Below, one piece after another: positions 1-9,518 of a stretch of DNA of 64,000 bases (position 1 is the stretch's first letter; each line of letters begins with the position of its first letter). The notes beneath the pieces are model-generated. The model was not told where the DNA came from, did no database searches, and saw nothing but the letters and a program-made list of their open reading frames with translations. A program made the translations under genes and the position numbers. Source of the DNA: a bacterium (GTDB lineage Bacteria > Patescibacteriota > UBA1384 > 2-12-FULL-50-11); the NCBI GenBank assembly GCA_021463485.1, contig JAJTYJ010000001.1, forward strand, positions 65,378 to 129,377. The letters are read 5' to 3'.

Positions 1-325
1 CAATTAATCGCAGACCCTTAAAATAATTAGCAATTTTTTTGAAATCTTCTTCAGAAAGTTTACCGAAACCATCATCAACCGAGATCGTCGGCGCGTACGT
101 ACTGGAGCGGTAGAGATTATCCATTATCGGAAAAAGTTTTTCTAACAGCTCAGTTGTCGCCGAACTACGAAGCGCAATTCGCTCTTCTTGAATGCGTTTT
201 TCCAAGTTAGCGTAGTCTGCCGCCATACGAAGTCTGGCTTCGTTAGCTTGCGCTAGCTGCTCCTTTAACTTGGAGACCTCTGTGCTTTCAGTTTTTTTCT
301 TTTTACCCGGAGTCATCGGTGGCAT
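1..325 (-). CDS. grpE: Nucleotide exchange factor GrpE, N-terminal part (gene runs off window start)
   Basis: Manual reverse translation from ATG at 325 gives MPPMTPGKKKK...LKEQLAQANEARLRMAADYANLEKRIQEE..., typical GrpE coiled-coil N-terminus; open to window edge. Confidence 0.55.
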   Translation of the reverse strand, partial: MPPMTPGKKKKTESTEVSKLKEQLAQANEARLRMAADYANLEKRIQEERIALRSSATTELLEKLFPIMDNLYRSSTYAPTISVDDGFGKLSEEDFKKIANYFKGLRLI

Positions 326-378
326 TGTACGAAACTCGATAGAAACAGTCTAGTTGCGCACTCGCAAAATAATCGAAT

Positions 379-1587
379 ATGTATATGAATAGAGCAATGG
401 AAGAGTTCTGGCGACGTATGAGGTTAAATTGGTGGGCACCATCAAGACAACTCGCTGCGTTTTGGATCGGGCTAATTTCTGGAGTTATTATCGCTCGATA
501 CATTTTGTTGCCAAACGAAACGCTCTATTGGATTTTCGGACTTTGGGTGTTAATTTTTTGGAGCGGTCAGGAACCAAGAGTTGAAGCGACGGCAGTACTA
601 TTAGTTGGCGCCAGCGGCGGGATGTTATTGTGGAATTTCACAAACGGCGAATCTTGGTTTCATCCGCAATTTATCGGCACCGTGAGTGAGAGGTTAATTC
701 TATTACGGGACAATTTAATCGACAAAATAATCTCAGCTGTTCCCGAGCCGCAGAGCTCGCTGCTCAGCGGTATTCTGCTCGGAAATCGTATTAAACTAGA
801 CAAAGAACTAGTCGACCAGTTTCGCCTAGTTGGATTAAGCCATATTATCGCCGTCTCTGGCTACAACTTAACGATACTTGTCGCAAACGTTCGTACAGTA
901 TTTCGCCCGATACTTGGTCGTAATGTTTTTTGGCTTGGGTTAGCAGTGATAGGCTTATTTATCGTGATCACCGGCGCACCGTCATCGATCTTACGAGCCG
1001 GATTAATGGTTGGTCTAATCCTTTTGGGTGAGCACCTCGGCCGACCGCGCAGCTCGCTGTTGATATTGCTAACTGCCGCCGGTGTACTAACAATGTTTGA
1101 GCCGAAGATTATCTTTGACGTCGGGTTCCAGTTATCGATCGCCGCAACGTACGGGCTACTCCGAGTCAGCCCACTCATTCGCGAAAGCTTGGAGAGGATT
1201 AAAACACCGAAAACACTAGCAACGGTACTTGGCGAGACGTTCGGCGCGATTCTCCTTACTAGTCCGATTATTTTACTGGTTTTTGAACGGTTATCGATCG
1301 TGGCGCCTCTCACAAATGTGCTGGTTGTCCCCTTAATACCGTTAGTTATGGCGATCGGTTTAATCGGATCGATCCTGGTATTTGTTGTACCAGCGCTGGG
1401 TAGTTGGTTACTAATGCTCGGCTGGCCGATACTGACCTGGGCGTTATTTGTTAGTCAGTATTTCTCTTCGTTCTATTTTGCGTCGTATTCTATAAGTATT
1501 TCTTGGGCATGGTGCATCGCGTTACTGCTATTGTTTGTTGCTACAGCTGAGTACCTCCAAATTAAATACAAACCCAATGAGAGATAA
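379..1587 (+). CDS. comEC: ComEC/Rec2-like competence membrane channel domain (N-terminal part of a split ComEC)
   Basis: 402 aa polytopic membrane protein with ComEC-like competence domain; followed in another frame by the MBL domain ORF. Confidence 0.6.
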   Translation: MYMNRAMEEFWRRMRLNWWAPSRQLAAFWIGLISGVIIARYILLPNETLYWIFGLWVLIFWSGQEPRVEATAVLLVGASGGMLLWNFTNGESWFHPQFIGTVSERLILLRDNLIDKIISAVPEPQSSLLSGILLGNRIKLDKELVDQFRLVGLSHIIAVSGYNLTILVANVRTVFRPILGRNVFWLGLAVIGLFIVITGAPSSILRAGLMVGLILLGEHLGRPRSSLLILLTAAGVLTMFEPKIIFDVGFQLSIAATYGLLRVSPLIRESLERIKTPKTLATVLGETFGAILLTSPIILLVFERLSIVAPLTNVLVVPLIPLVMAIGLIGSILVFVVPALGSWLLMLGWPILTWALFVSQYFSSFYFASYSISISWAWCIALLLLFVATAEYLQIKYKPNER

Positions 1588-2443
1588 CGGCGTCGCCCGG
1601 TTCGCCACAACACTAGCTCTACTGGCATTAATCGTTATCGGTGTCCAAAGTTTCTCAGCAGAGGAAGCAAAGCACCCGACGCTTCGATATTGGCTATTCG
1701 ACGTCGGACAGGGCGACGCAATGTTACTAGAAACGCCAGATCGGCAACAAATACTAATTGACGGCGGACCAAATTCAACAATCACTCGCGAGTTATCGCG
1801 TGTGCTGCCTCTTAACGATCGCGAGCTAGATCTGGTAATTTTAACGCACAACCACTCAGATCATATAAGCGGGGTAATTGAAGTCTTGCGTCGATATACC
1901 GTTAAAGAGCTTTGGATCACCGGCGTTATTCACACCACCGACGGTTATCGAAACTTTTTAGAGTTAATTCGAGAGAAAGGCATACCGACCAAAACAGTTA
2001 AAGCCGGGCAAACTGTAACATTCGGCGCGCTGAACGGAATCGTCCTTTGGCCGATTGAGCCGAAAATCGGGCAACTCCCAGAGAACCAAAACTGGGAGTC
2101 GATCGTTACTTACTGGCAGTACGGAGCGCAATCGCTACTACTAACTGGCGATATGGAGAAAGAGCAAGAAATGGTGTTACTCCAAAAAGGAGTGTTGCGA
2201 CCGGTGACGGTGTTAAAAGTCGGCCACCAAGGTAGCCGTACGAGCTCGACCGAAGCGTTTTTAGAAGCAGTAAAACCAAAACTGGCGCTCATCTCAGTCG
2301 GCAAGAACTCGTACGGCCATCCGCATCAAGACGTTTTGTCGCGACTTACTAAATACAACATCCTTATACTTAGAACTGACGAGCGCGGCACAATTCAAAT
2401 CGATTTAACAACCGATAATTTATCTTACCGGAGCACGAAATAA
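1535..2443 (+). CDS. ComEC C-terminal metallo-beta-lactamase domain protein (separate ORF, overlaps upstream ORF)
   Basis: LILTHNHSDHISG HxHxDH MBL motif; own N-terminal TM helix; overlaps 379..1587 in a different frame. Confidence 0.6.
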   Translation: MLLQLSTSKLNTNPMRDNGVARFATTLALLALIVIGVQSFSAEEAKHPTLRYWLFDVGQGDAMLLETPDRQQILIDGGPNSTITRELSRVLPLNDRELDLVILTHNHSDHISGVIEVLRRYTVKELWITGVIHTTDGYRNFLELIREKGIPTKTVKAGQTVTFGALNGIVLWPIEPKIGQLPENQNWESIVTYWQYGAQSLLLTGDMEKEQEMVLLQKGVLRPVTVLKVGHQGSRTSSTEAFLEAVKPKLALISVGKNSYGHPHQDVLSRLTKYNILILRTDERGTIQIDLTTDNLSYRSTK

Positions 2444-2580
2444 TCTCGCTCTTTCGGCTTTTGTACGGTAAAATTTAAATATGGCTGGCCACTCTAATTA
2501 CGAGCTTGCTCGTTGTGAAACAACTGTGCTTCCTCGTATTTCTTCTTGGCCAGAAAAAGGGAATAAGGTGGAGAATTAAT

Positions 2581-3309
2581 ATGGCTGGCCACTCTAAATG
2601 GGCACAAATTAAACGTCAAAAAGGCGTCGCCGATCAACGGCGCGGCGCTGTTTTCGCCAAACTCGCTAACGCCATTACTGTGGCTGCTCGAAACGGTACT
2701 GACCCAGAGATGAACTTCCAGCTGCGTATCGCCATCGATAAAGCCAAGACCGCCAACATGCCAAAAGATAATATCGAACGAGCGATCGAGCGGGTCAAAG
2801 GCTCGGGCGGTGCAGCGCTAGAAGAAGTCGTCTTCGAAGCCTACGGACCAAGTGGCACTGCGTTTCTAATTGAAACCGCAACCGATAATCGGAATCGTAC
2901 TGTCGGCGAGATCCGTGCAGCGTTAAACAAATACGACGGTAAGTTAGCTGAAAGCGGATCAGTTGGGTATCTATTTAAAAAGCGAGGGCAAATTGTCTTA
3001 GAGAACGTTAACGCCGAAGAAGCAGAACTGGCCTCGATCGACGCTGGCGCCGAAGATGTAGAGGCAGATAGCGACAGTGTTTTTATTTATACAGATCCAA
3101 AGGAACTCCAGCTGGTTCGAAAGAACCTTGAAACAGCTGGATTTGTAAGTAACGAGATCGGTTTTGAATTTCATCCGTTATCTACAGTAGCGATTAGTGA
3201 CAGACAAGTGGCTGAAAAAGTAATGAAATTAAGCGAAATTCTTGACGATATCGATGACGTGACCAATGTTCACAGTAATATAGATATCGCGCCGGAGCTG
3301 CTACAGTAA
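2581..3309 (+). CDS. yebC: YebC/PmpR family probable transcriptional regulator
   Basis: MAGHSKWAQIKRQKG...RRGAVFAKL N-terminus diagnostic of YebC family; start taken at ATG 2581 after RBS-like ggtggag. Confidence 0.85.
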   Translation: MAGHSKWAQIKRQKGVADQRRGAVFAKLANAITVAARNGTDPEMNFQLRIAIDKAKTANMPKDNIERAIERVKGSGGAALEEVVFEAYGPSGTAFLIETATDNRNRTVGEIRAALNKYDGKLAESGSVGYLFKKRGQIVLENVNAEEAELASIDAGAEDVEADSDSVFIYTDPKELQLVRKNLETAGFVSNEIGFEFHPLSTVAISDRQVAEKVMKLSEILDDIDDVTNVHSNIDIAPELLQ

Positions 3310-3315
3310 CAAATC

Positions 3316-3789
3316 ATGGAGGGTAAAAGAATTCTCGGAATTGATCCAGGCTCGGGCCGACTAGGTTTGGGCTTAATCGAAGTGATCAACAGCAAGCCAC
3401 ACCTTATTCACTTTGATTGCATCGTAACGACACCAAACTCAGCCGAAACTCAGAAACTCAAACATATTTACGAAGAGCTCGTCCACCGACTCAACGAGAT
3501 AAAACCAGACCTGCTTGCAATTGAGACGCTTTTCTTTGCACGTAACGTAACCAGCGCCTTCTCTGTTGGTCAGGCACGCGGAGTTGTGTTGCTAGCTGCT
3601 GCTCAAGCCAATATCGAGATTGTTGAGATTGCGCCGCTTCGATTAAAAAAAGTGCTGCTTGGCAACGGGAATGCCAAGAAAAAGGATGTTCAAAACTTTA
3701 TTCGGGAGTACTTCGGAATAGACGAGAAGAAGAAACTCGGCGACGACGCCGCCGACGCGGTGGCGATCGCACTAAGCCAAATACTCTAA
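3316..3789 (+). CDS. ruvC: Crossover junction endodeoxyribonuclease RuvC
   Basis: ILGIDPGSGRLGLGLIE RNase H-like N-terminus, 157 aa, adjacent to yebC as in many bacteria. Confidence 0.85.
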   Translation: MEGKRILGIDPGSGRLGLGLIEVINSKPHLIHFDCIVTTPNSAETQKLKHIYEELVHRLNEIKPDLLAIETLFFARNVTSAFSVGQARGVVLLAAAQANIEIVEIAPLRLKKVLLGNGNAKKKDVQNFIREYFGIDEKKKLGDDAADAVAIALSQIL

Positions 3790-3847
3790 AAACTGATTGA
3801 TTATCAGTACTAATTTTTATACAATTAGTTAACTTTACTGACTCAAA

Positions 3848-5083
3848 ATGACTATTCAACAAAAAAGTAGATTAGCTACCCAACTAGCCGCAAGCGAGCC
3901 GCACATTCGCGTGATTTACGTTTCAACGTACACGCCAAGAGAATGCGGTATCGCAACGTATAGCCGCGCGCTCACCAAAGCGATTAACCAGCTAAATCCA
4001 GATTACACGGCTGATTTTGTGGCGATCGACGATGAAAAATCAGGCGCTGAATCACGGATCTACCCCTGGGAAGTAAAATACAAAATTGACCAAGAAGATT
4101 TACGAAGCTGGATGAACGCAGCCGATTACATTAACCAATCGGGTGCCGAAGTTGTTAACCTCCAACACGAGTTCGGTATCTACGGCGGCGTCGAAGGTGA
4201 ATACGTTCTGCCGTTTATCGAAGCTATTACAAAGCCAATCGTCGTTTGCTTACATACAGTCTTACCGAAACCGTCAGCAAAGATGTTGGAGACAGTACGA
4301 CGAGTCGCAGAACGAGCAGAGGCGATTATCGTAATGGTGGAAGCGGCAGGAAAAATGCTCACTGAAATATACGGCGTTAATCCAGAGAAAATTGTGGCGA
4401 TTCCTCACGGTGTTCCTGATGTACCGTTTGGTCAAGATCGTGTAGCGAAGAAGAAACTCGGTTATAACGGTTGGAATGTTATTTCAAGTTTTGGTTTATT
4501 TAGTCGTTCAAAAGGTTACGAGCACGCAATTAAGGCACTGCCGGCGATCGTTAAGAAACACCCCAAAACCAAATTATTACTATTAGGTGAGACACATCCA
4601 GTAGTTGTTCGAAATGAGGGCGAAGAGTACCGAGAGTCGCTCGAAAAGTTAGTGAAAGAACTAAAGATGGGAGAACATGTTGATTTCGTTAACCACTACT
4701 TAACGCTCGATGAGATTATTCAATTCTTGAGAATCACTGATGTTTACATTACACCGTATCCAAACCTTGAGCAGGTTTCTTCCGGTACTCTTTCGTACGC
4801 GCTTAGCGCCGGATTACCGTGTGTATCGACGCCGTACGTTTACGCAAAAGATGTCCTAGCCGACGGACGAGGGGTAGTGCTTGATTCACTAACTGCAGAA
4901 GATATCGCCGAGAAAGTAGTTGATCTACTTGATAATCCAAAGAAGCGCCAAGAAATATCAAAGAAAGCCTACGCGTACGGACGAAATATGATCTGGACTC
5001 GTGTTGCGTTGCGACACCTCGATCTTTTTGAGATCGTGGCCAAAGAGCATGGAAGAACTATCGCTGCTAAATCGGTTTCGTGA
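3848..5083 (+). CDS. Glycosyltransferase family 4 (GT-B, group 1)
   Basis: 411 aa, GT4-like architecture, C-terminal glycosyl-transferase group 1 signature region. Confidence 0.55.
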   Translation: MTIQQKSRLATQLAASEPHIRVIYVSTYTPRECGIATYSRALTKAINQLNPDYTADFVAIDDEKSGAESRIYPWEVKYKIDQEDLRSWMNAADYINQSGAEVVNLQHEFGIYGGVEGEYVLPFIEAITKPIVVCLHTVLPKPSAKMLETVRRVAERAEAIIVMVEAAGKMLTEIYGVNPEKIVAIPHGVPDVPFGQDRVAKKKLGYNGWNVISSFGLFSRSKGYEHAIKALPAIVKKHPKTKLLLLGETHPVVVRNEGEEYRESLEKLVKELKMGEHVDFVNHYLTLDEIIQFLRITDVYITPYPNLEQVSSGTLSYALSAGLPCVSTPYVYAKDVLADGRGVVLDSLTAEDIAEKVVDLLDNPKKRQEISKKAYAYGRNMIWTRVALRHLDLFEIVAKEHGRTIAAKSVS

Positions 5084-6089
5084 GCGACCACAGCTCAGAC
5101 ATCTTAAACGATTAACTACCAAAGATGGTTTAATTCAGCACGCCGATTTTGACGTACCCGATCCAAGCTTTGGATACTCGATCGACGACAACGCAAGAGC
5201 GTTAATCGTTTGTTTATGGCATTACAAAATCTTTCAAGATCCTTCGATACTTCAATTAGCAGACATTTATTTTAACTATCTGAAGAGGGTGGAGCGAGAA
5301 GACGGCACTTTTCATAACTTTGTAAGTTTCTCCGAAAAAATCCTCGATCACGAAGGCTCTGAAGATTCTATCGGTCGAGCGGTTTGGGCGCTTGGCGAAG
5401 TGATCTCATCTCAACCAGGCACCGAATTAGCAGAACATGCACAAACAATTCTCAAGCGCTCCATCATCGACAAGCATCTTGATCACGAGCACGTCCGGAC
5501 AAAAGCCTACATACTACTTGGATTATTAAGTGCCGGTCTACTCGACGACGCTAAAAAATGGGCCGACAAACTCAAGAAGATTTTTCACGCCAACAGTAAG
5601 AGAGACTGGGTATGGTTTGAGGACGGGTTATATTACGCTAACGGCATTTTGCCGTATGCGTTAGCTCGAGCAGCGATATTTTTGAACGATAAAGAATTGG
5701 AGGAAATTGCTGTTAAAACATTCCGTTGGTTAGATGATGTTAGTACTCACAACGGCGTTCCGTCACCGATCGGGCAAGACGGATGGTACCAGAGTGGAAA
5801 AGAAAAAGCTTTGTACGATCAACAACCACTTGAAGCTGCTGATATGGTGCTAGCCGCAGGTGAATTATATCTACTCACAAAAGAAACAGAGTACCTAAAA
5901 CGAGCGTTAGCTTGGTACGAGTGGTACGAAGGTAACAACACGCAACAAAAAACACTAATTAACACGACCACAGGTGGGATATACGATGCATTAACGCCGG
6001 GAGGAGTTAACAGCAACCAAGGCGCCGAGTCGATCGTGACGTACCTACTTGCGTATTTAAAGCTTGCTCAAATAGCCAAGAATGAGTAA
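5049..6089 (+). CDS. Putative glycoside hydrolase (six-hairpin / GH63-GDE-like) protein
   Basis: About 345 aa soluble protein downstream of the GT4 gene, overlapping its end; alpha/alpha-toroid-like conservation is only tentative. Confidence 0.3.
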   Translation: MEELSLLNRFRERPQLRHLKRLTTKDGLIQHADFDVPDPSFGYSIDDNARALIVCLWHYKIFQDPSILQLADIYFNYLKRVEREDGTFHNFVSFSEKILDHEGSEDSIGRAVWALGEVISSQPGTELAEHAQTILKRSIIDKHLDHEHVRTKAYILLGLLSAGLLDDAKKWADKLKKIFHANSKRDWVWFEDGLYYANGILPYALARAAIFLNDKELEEIAVKTFRWLDDVSTHNGVPSPIGQDGWYQSGKEKALYDQQPLEAADMVLAAGELYLLTKETEYLKRALAWYEWYEGNNTQQKTLINTTTGGIYDALTPGGVNSNQGAESIVTYLLAYLKLAQIAKNE

Positions 6090-7080
6090 CGAAAACCCGC
6101 TTCGCCAACTCGTTGATAGCGTTGCAGCAAACGTTGGAGTTAAGGTAGACCAGGAGTCATACGACCGATTGGATCGAATGGCAGCTTGGGATTTGCGTCG
6201 AATTAAAAAAATTTGGTCAACAGGCACCTACGTTGACGGCCGTAAAGTTATATTAAAGATTCTTCCCGCTAACAGCTCCACGCCGCTCGAAGACTTTATT
6301 CGATCCGAGACTGTCGAGAAAGATATCACACAGTCGCTAACTGAGTTGGGGATGGAAGTCTCGCAAACAATTAAAACTAACTTTGTCGCCTCACCGCAGT
6401 GGGTAGTTCGCTACCTCGTTGAGGGCGAACCAGTCGGTAATAACTTTATTCGACCAGAGTTTGAGCGAGAGGATTTTATTAATTTTCTAATAACACTTCG
6501 GGACAAACTCAATACAACAACTGAGAATATTGACTTTAATTTGTTAACAAAGCGAGATTTTCCGACGAAGTGGTTAACCGAATACAACGATCGCTCAGTC
6601 CACGTTATTAAGCATCTCGGAGCTCACGCCGACGAACAGCTACGTAGTGCAATTACCAACGTTAAAGACACTACTTACGAAAAATGGTTATTACATAACG
6701 ACCTTGCTCCACAAAACATCTTAGAAACAAGATCTGGCTACAGCTTGATAGATTGGGGCGAAGCAACGTTAGGACCACGCGTTGTTGATTGGGCGATGCT
6801 TTGGTCGTTTGCGATAGATCTACCAAACCTTCGACAAACCATTATTGAACGATCTCTTTCAGAAGTTAAGGAATCAGATCAAGACAATGCAAAAGTTATC
6901 TTTCTTGGTTTAGCCGCTCGGATGGTTGCTAGCTTCGCCGAATGGTTTGAACATTATAAAACTCACCAAAAAGAAGCTGATCAATTTCCACGCGTTGCGA
7001 ATGAGGCCTTTGATGCCTTACCGAAGATTTGGAAGAATTTCCAGGAATTACATACTCAACTAACAACCGAAGACAAATGA
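6082..7080 (+). CDS. Phosphotransferase (APH/choline-kinase-like protein kinase fold) family protein
   Basis: LLHNDLAPQNIL catalytic-loop motif (HxDxxxxN) and downstream IDWGEA (DxG-like) motif. Confidence 0.45.
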   Translation: MSNENPLRQLVDSVAANVGVKVDQESYDRLDRMAAWDLRRIKKIWSTGTYVDGRKVILKILPANSSTPLEDFIRSETVEKDITQSLTELGMEVSQTIKTNFVASPQWVVRYLVEGEPVGNNFIRPEFEREDFINFLITLRDKLNTTTENIDFNLLTKRDFPTKWLTEYNDRSVHVIKHLGAHADEQLRSAITNVKDTTYEKWLLHNDLAPQNILETRSGYSLIDWGEATLGPRVVDWAMLWSFAIDLPNLRQTIIERSLSEVKESDQDNAKVIFLGLAARMVASFAEWFEHYKTHQKEADQFPRVANEAFDALPKIWKNFQELHTQLTTEDK

Positions 7081-7676
7081 TCTACAGTGTTCAAGTTTAT
7101 TCTCCTACTGTACAAAGCGGGTACTTTACCCGTTCCATTGACGCACAAGGACCGTACGAAGCAGTTGAGGGAGTGGTAGATAGTTGGTCGGGGTTTCCAG
7201 TAGTTCCAAATGAGTTTTTCGCTAACACCAGCTTGCTAGAGATAATCCCAATCCACAACGCTAGCGGAATTCGAGACAAGAGCCAGATTTCCTCGATGGA
7301 GAACGAAGTGATACTAGGTAAAGAGATTATTCACGAGAATGGCCTACCTAATTGTAAATTAGTACTATTGCCAAACGAAAAATTGTTATTATTTGATGGC
7401 CATCACACAATGCTCGCTTACATCGGATCGGGCAAAAAGTTGCTCAGGGATATCCCCCACCTTGTTATTTCTCGCGAAAAGATAGCGCCCGTTAGCTCAG
7501 TTGATATCGTCAGTTTCTTCCCAAAAAACTCACAAAAAGAAGTTCTAGCTGATTGGTCTAAATACGTAGTCAACTGGCAAAAGAGCCCAACTAAACAGCT
7601 TGAAGAGCGTCAAATTCATACTATCGGTGAGCTAGCTGCTGCGCTTAGCGATCGAGACGAAGCCGCGAGCAAGTAG
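7080..7676 (+). CDS. Hypothetical protein (contains LLLFDGHHTMLAYIGSG ParB/Srx-like motif)
   Basis: ORF 7029..7676; internal Met at 7080 is the likelier start; no confident family. Confidence 0.3.
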   Translation: MYSVQVYSPTVQSGYFTRSIDAQGPYEAVEGVVDSWSGFPVVPNEFFANTSLLEIIPIHNASGIRDKSQISSMENEVILGKEIIHENGLPNCKLVLLPNEKLLLFDGHHTMLAYIGSGKKLLRDIPHLVISREKIAPVSSVDIVSFFPKNSQKEVLADWSKYVVNWQKSPTKQLEERQIHTIGELAAALSDRDEAASK

Positions 7677-8474
7677 TACGGCTCGCCAATCACGTCGCAA
7701 CTCACGCTCAAGTTTTTCTCGGATGTCGTGTTTTTGTTCGGCTTGGAATTTACCAGGCAAATAAAAGAAATTGTAATAAGCTAAGTCTTGTTGCGCAAAA
7801 CCAAAACCTTTTAACTTTTCTGAGTAGGCAATTGGGCTTTCCATCTTCATTGTTCTCTCATCATCGAGCGCATTATTTGGGTCACTTAGACAGGAAGTAA
7901 TTTTTTCCGAAGCAAGGTTGCGCTCAGCCGCAGATAACGTCGACAAAAACGTATCAGTGATGGCTGACACCGTCCACTTGTCAAAAGATAATAAATTAAA
8001 AAATAGGTTATAGTGCGCACTAAGCAAAATTGTCTGGGCGTGTGAGACGGCTCTTAGCTGTTCAAAAACTTGTGGTTCTTCCTCGACAGCTACATACGGC
8101 AGAACGCCGTTCAGCATTATGTAATCAAATTTCCGATCCAGTTTAGCGAGCTCTTTTAGGTCGCAGTGAATAAAGTTTCCGCTTAGTCCAATCGCTTTAG
8201 TTTTTTGCTCGGCAACCGCGAGCATCTCTTTTGAGTAGTCAATCGAAGTAACGTCCCACCCTCTTTTTAGTAATTCTCTGGTCATCTGCCCAGTCCCGCA
8301 ACCAGCATCAAGTATTGTGCCTTTCTTAGCGGTCTCAAAGAAATCTAGTAAAATTTCGCTTCGGTATTTATTAGCCGGATACAATCCGTCTTTGCCGCCG
8401 TACGACGCTTCGTCGTATTCACCAGCAACGCTGTCCCAAAGTTCCGACGGTGTAGAAGAGAAAGTGTTAGACAT
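7632..8474 (-). CDS. Class I SAM-dependent methyltransferase
   Basis: ILDAGCGTGQMTREL motif I (GxGxG) plus downstream acidic motif II. Confidence 0.7.
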   Translation of the reverse strand: MSNTFSSTPSELWDSVAGEYDEASYGGKDGLYPANKYRSEILLDFFETAKKGTILDAGCGTGQMTRELLKRGWDVTSIDYSKEMLAVAEQKTKAIGLSGNFIHCDLKELAKLDRKFDYIMLNGVLPYVAVEEEPQVFEQLRAVSHAQTILLSAHYNLFFNLLSFDKWTVSAITDTFLSTLSAAERNLASEKITSCLSDPNNALDDERTMKMESPIAYSEKLKGFGFAQQDLAYYNFFYLPGKFQAEQKHDIREKLERELRRDWRAVLLARGFVSIAKRSS

Positions 8475-8549
8475 ACGTCGTATCTTAACAGATGTAACTC
8501 GAACAATCCAGGGAGATACTTTGACTTAAGGGTACTGTTAAACTAATAG

Positions 8550-9518
8550 TTGAGTATGGAATTAAAATTAACTCGTTTTCGTAACAACCCGATACTAATG
8601 CCAACCCACCACAAATGGGAGAACAAGGCTGTTTATAACTGCGGGGCGACCCTTTACAACGGTCGGGTCGCGCTATTGTACCGAGCCCAGGGCGAGGATA
8701 TGATCTCACGTTTCGGGCTAGCTTTTTCTGATGATGGTTACCACATCGCCGAACGTCTCTCTGAGCCAGTTTTTGTTCCGGACGAAAGTAGCGAGTACGA
8801 GACGCTGGGAGTAGAAGATCCTCGTATCAGCGTAATCGACGGAACGTATTATATTGTTTACACCTCGGCTTCGCTGTACCCGTCGATAACAGGGAAGGGA
8901 TCAGAGCACCGTGAGACAGGCGAGACGCCGTGGCGCGTTCGAGTTAGCATCGCTCACACCTCCGATTTTCGGACTTTTACCAGGCACGGTGTCGTTGTAT
9001 CGCACATCGACAGTAAAGACGGGGTTCTATTCCCTGGCAAGTTTCAGGGCAAGATGCTACTGCTTCACCGAGTTATCCCTGATATGCGTCTCGCAGTTAG
9101 CGAGCACCTACCAAATTTTATGGAACGCGGACCGGTGTTACGCCCGAGCGATGACGGCTGGGACAGTGAACGAATCGGTGCTGGCGCACCGCCGATCAAA
9201 ACCCAATACGGCTGGGTGTTGATATACCACGGCGTCGGAGAGAATAAGAAATACAATCTTGGTTTAGCACTTCTTGATCCGCACGATCCGATGAAGGTTC
9301 TAGCGCGAAGCGACGAGCCGATACTTACACCGTCACAAGATTACGAAAAAGAAGGACAGGTTAATAACGTGGTTTTTACGTGCGGCGCAGTGAAACTCGG
9401 CGACGAGTTACTCGTATACTACGGTGCGGCAGATTCGACAGTCGGCGTTGCCAGTATAAAATACAGCGAGATCGAAAAATGGGCAGAGGGCAGTTACCGC
9501 CACTCACATCGGAGTTAA
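8550..9518 (+). CDS. GH130-like glycosidase / beta-mannoside phosphorylase family protein
   Basis: 322 aa beta-propeller-like; N-terminal NPIL, GVEDPRI and YYIVYT blocks typical of GH130. Confidence 0.5.
   Translation: MSMELKLTRFRNNPILMPTHHKWENKAVYNCGATLYNGRVALLYRAQGEDMISRFGLAFSDDGYHIAERLSEPVFVPDESSEYETLGVEDPRISVIDGTYYIVYTSASLYPSITGKGSEHRETGETPWRVRVSIAHTSDFRTFTRHGVVVSHIDSKDGVLFPGKFQGKMLLLHRVIPDMRLAVSEHLPNFMERGPVLRPSDDGWDSERIGAGAPPIKTQYGWVLIYHGVGENKKYNLGLALLDPHDPMKVLARSDEPILTPSQDYEKEGQVNNVVFTCGAVKLGDELLVYYGAADSTVGVASIKYSEIEKWAEGSYRHSHRS

Noticed and set aside
303-503. 66-aa minus-strand ORF
   Set aside because: Overlaps the GrpE start and the ComEC start region; no coding signal; likely spurious
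861-1313. 150-aa antisense ORF inside comEC
   Set aside because: Shadow ORF on the opposite strand of a well-supported membrane protein gene
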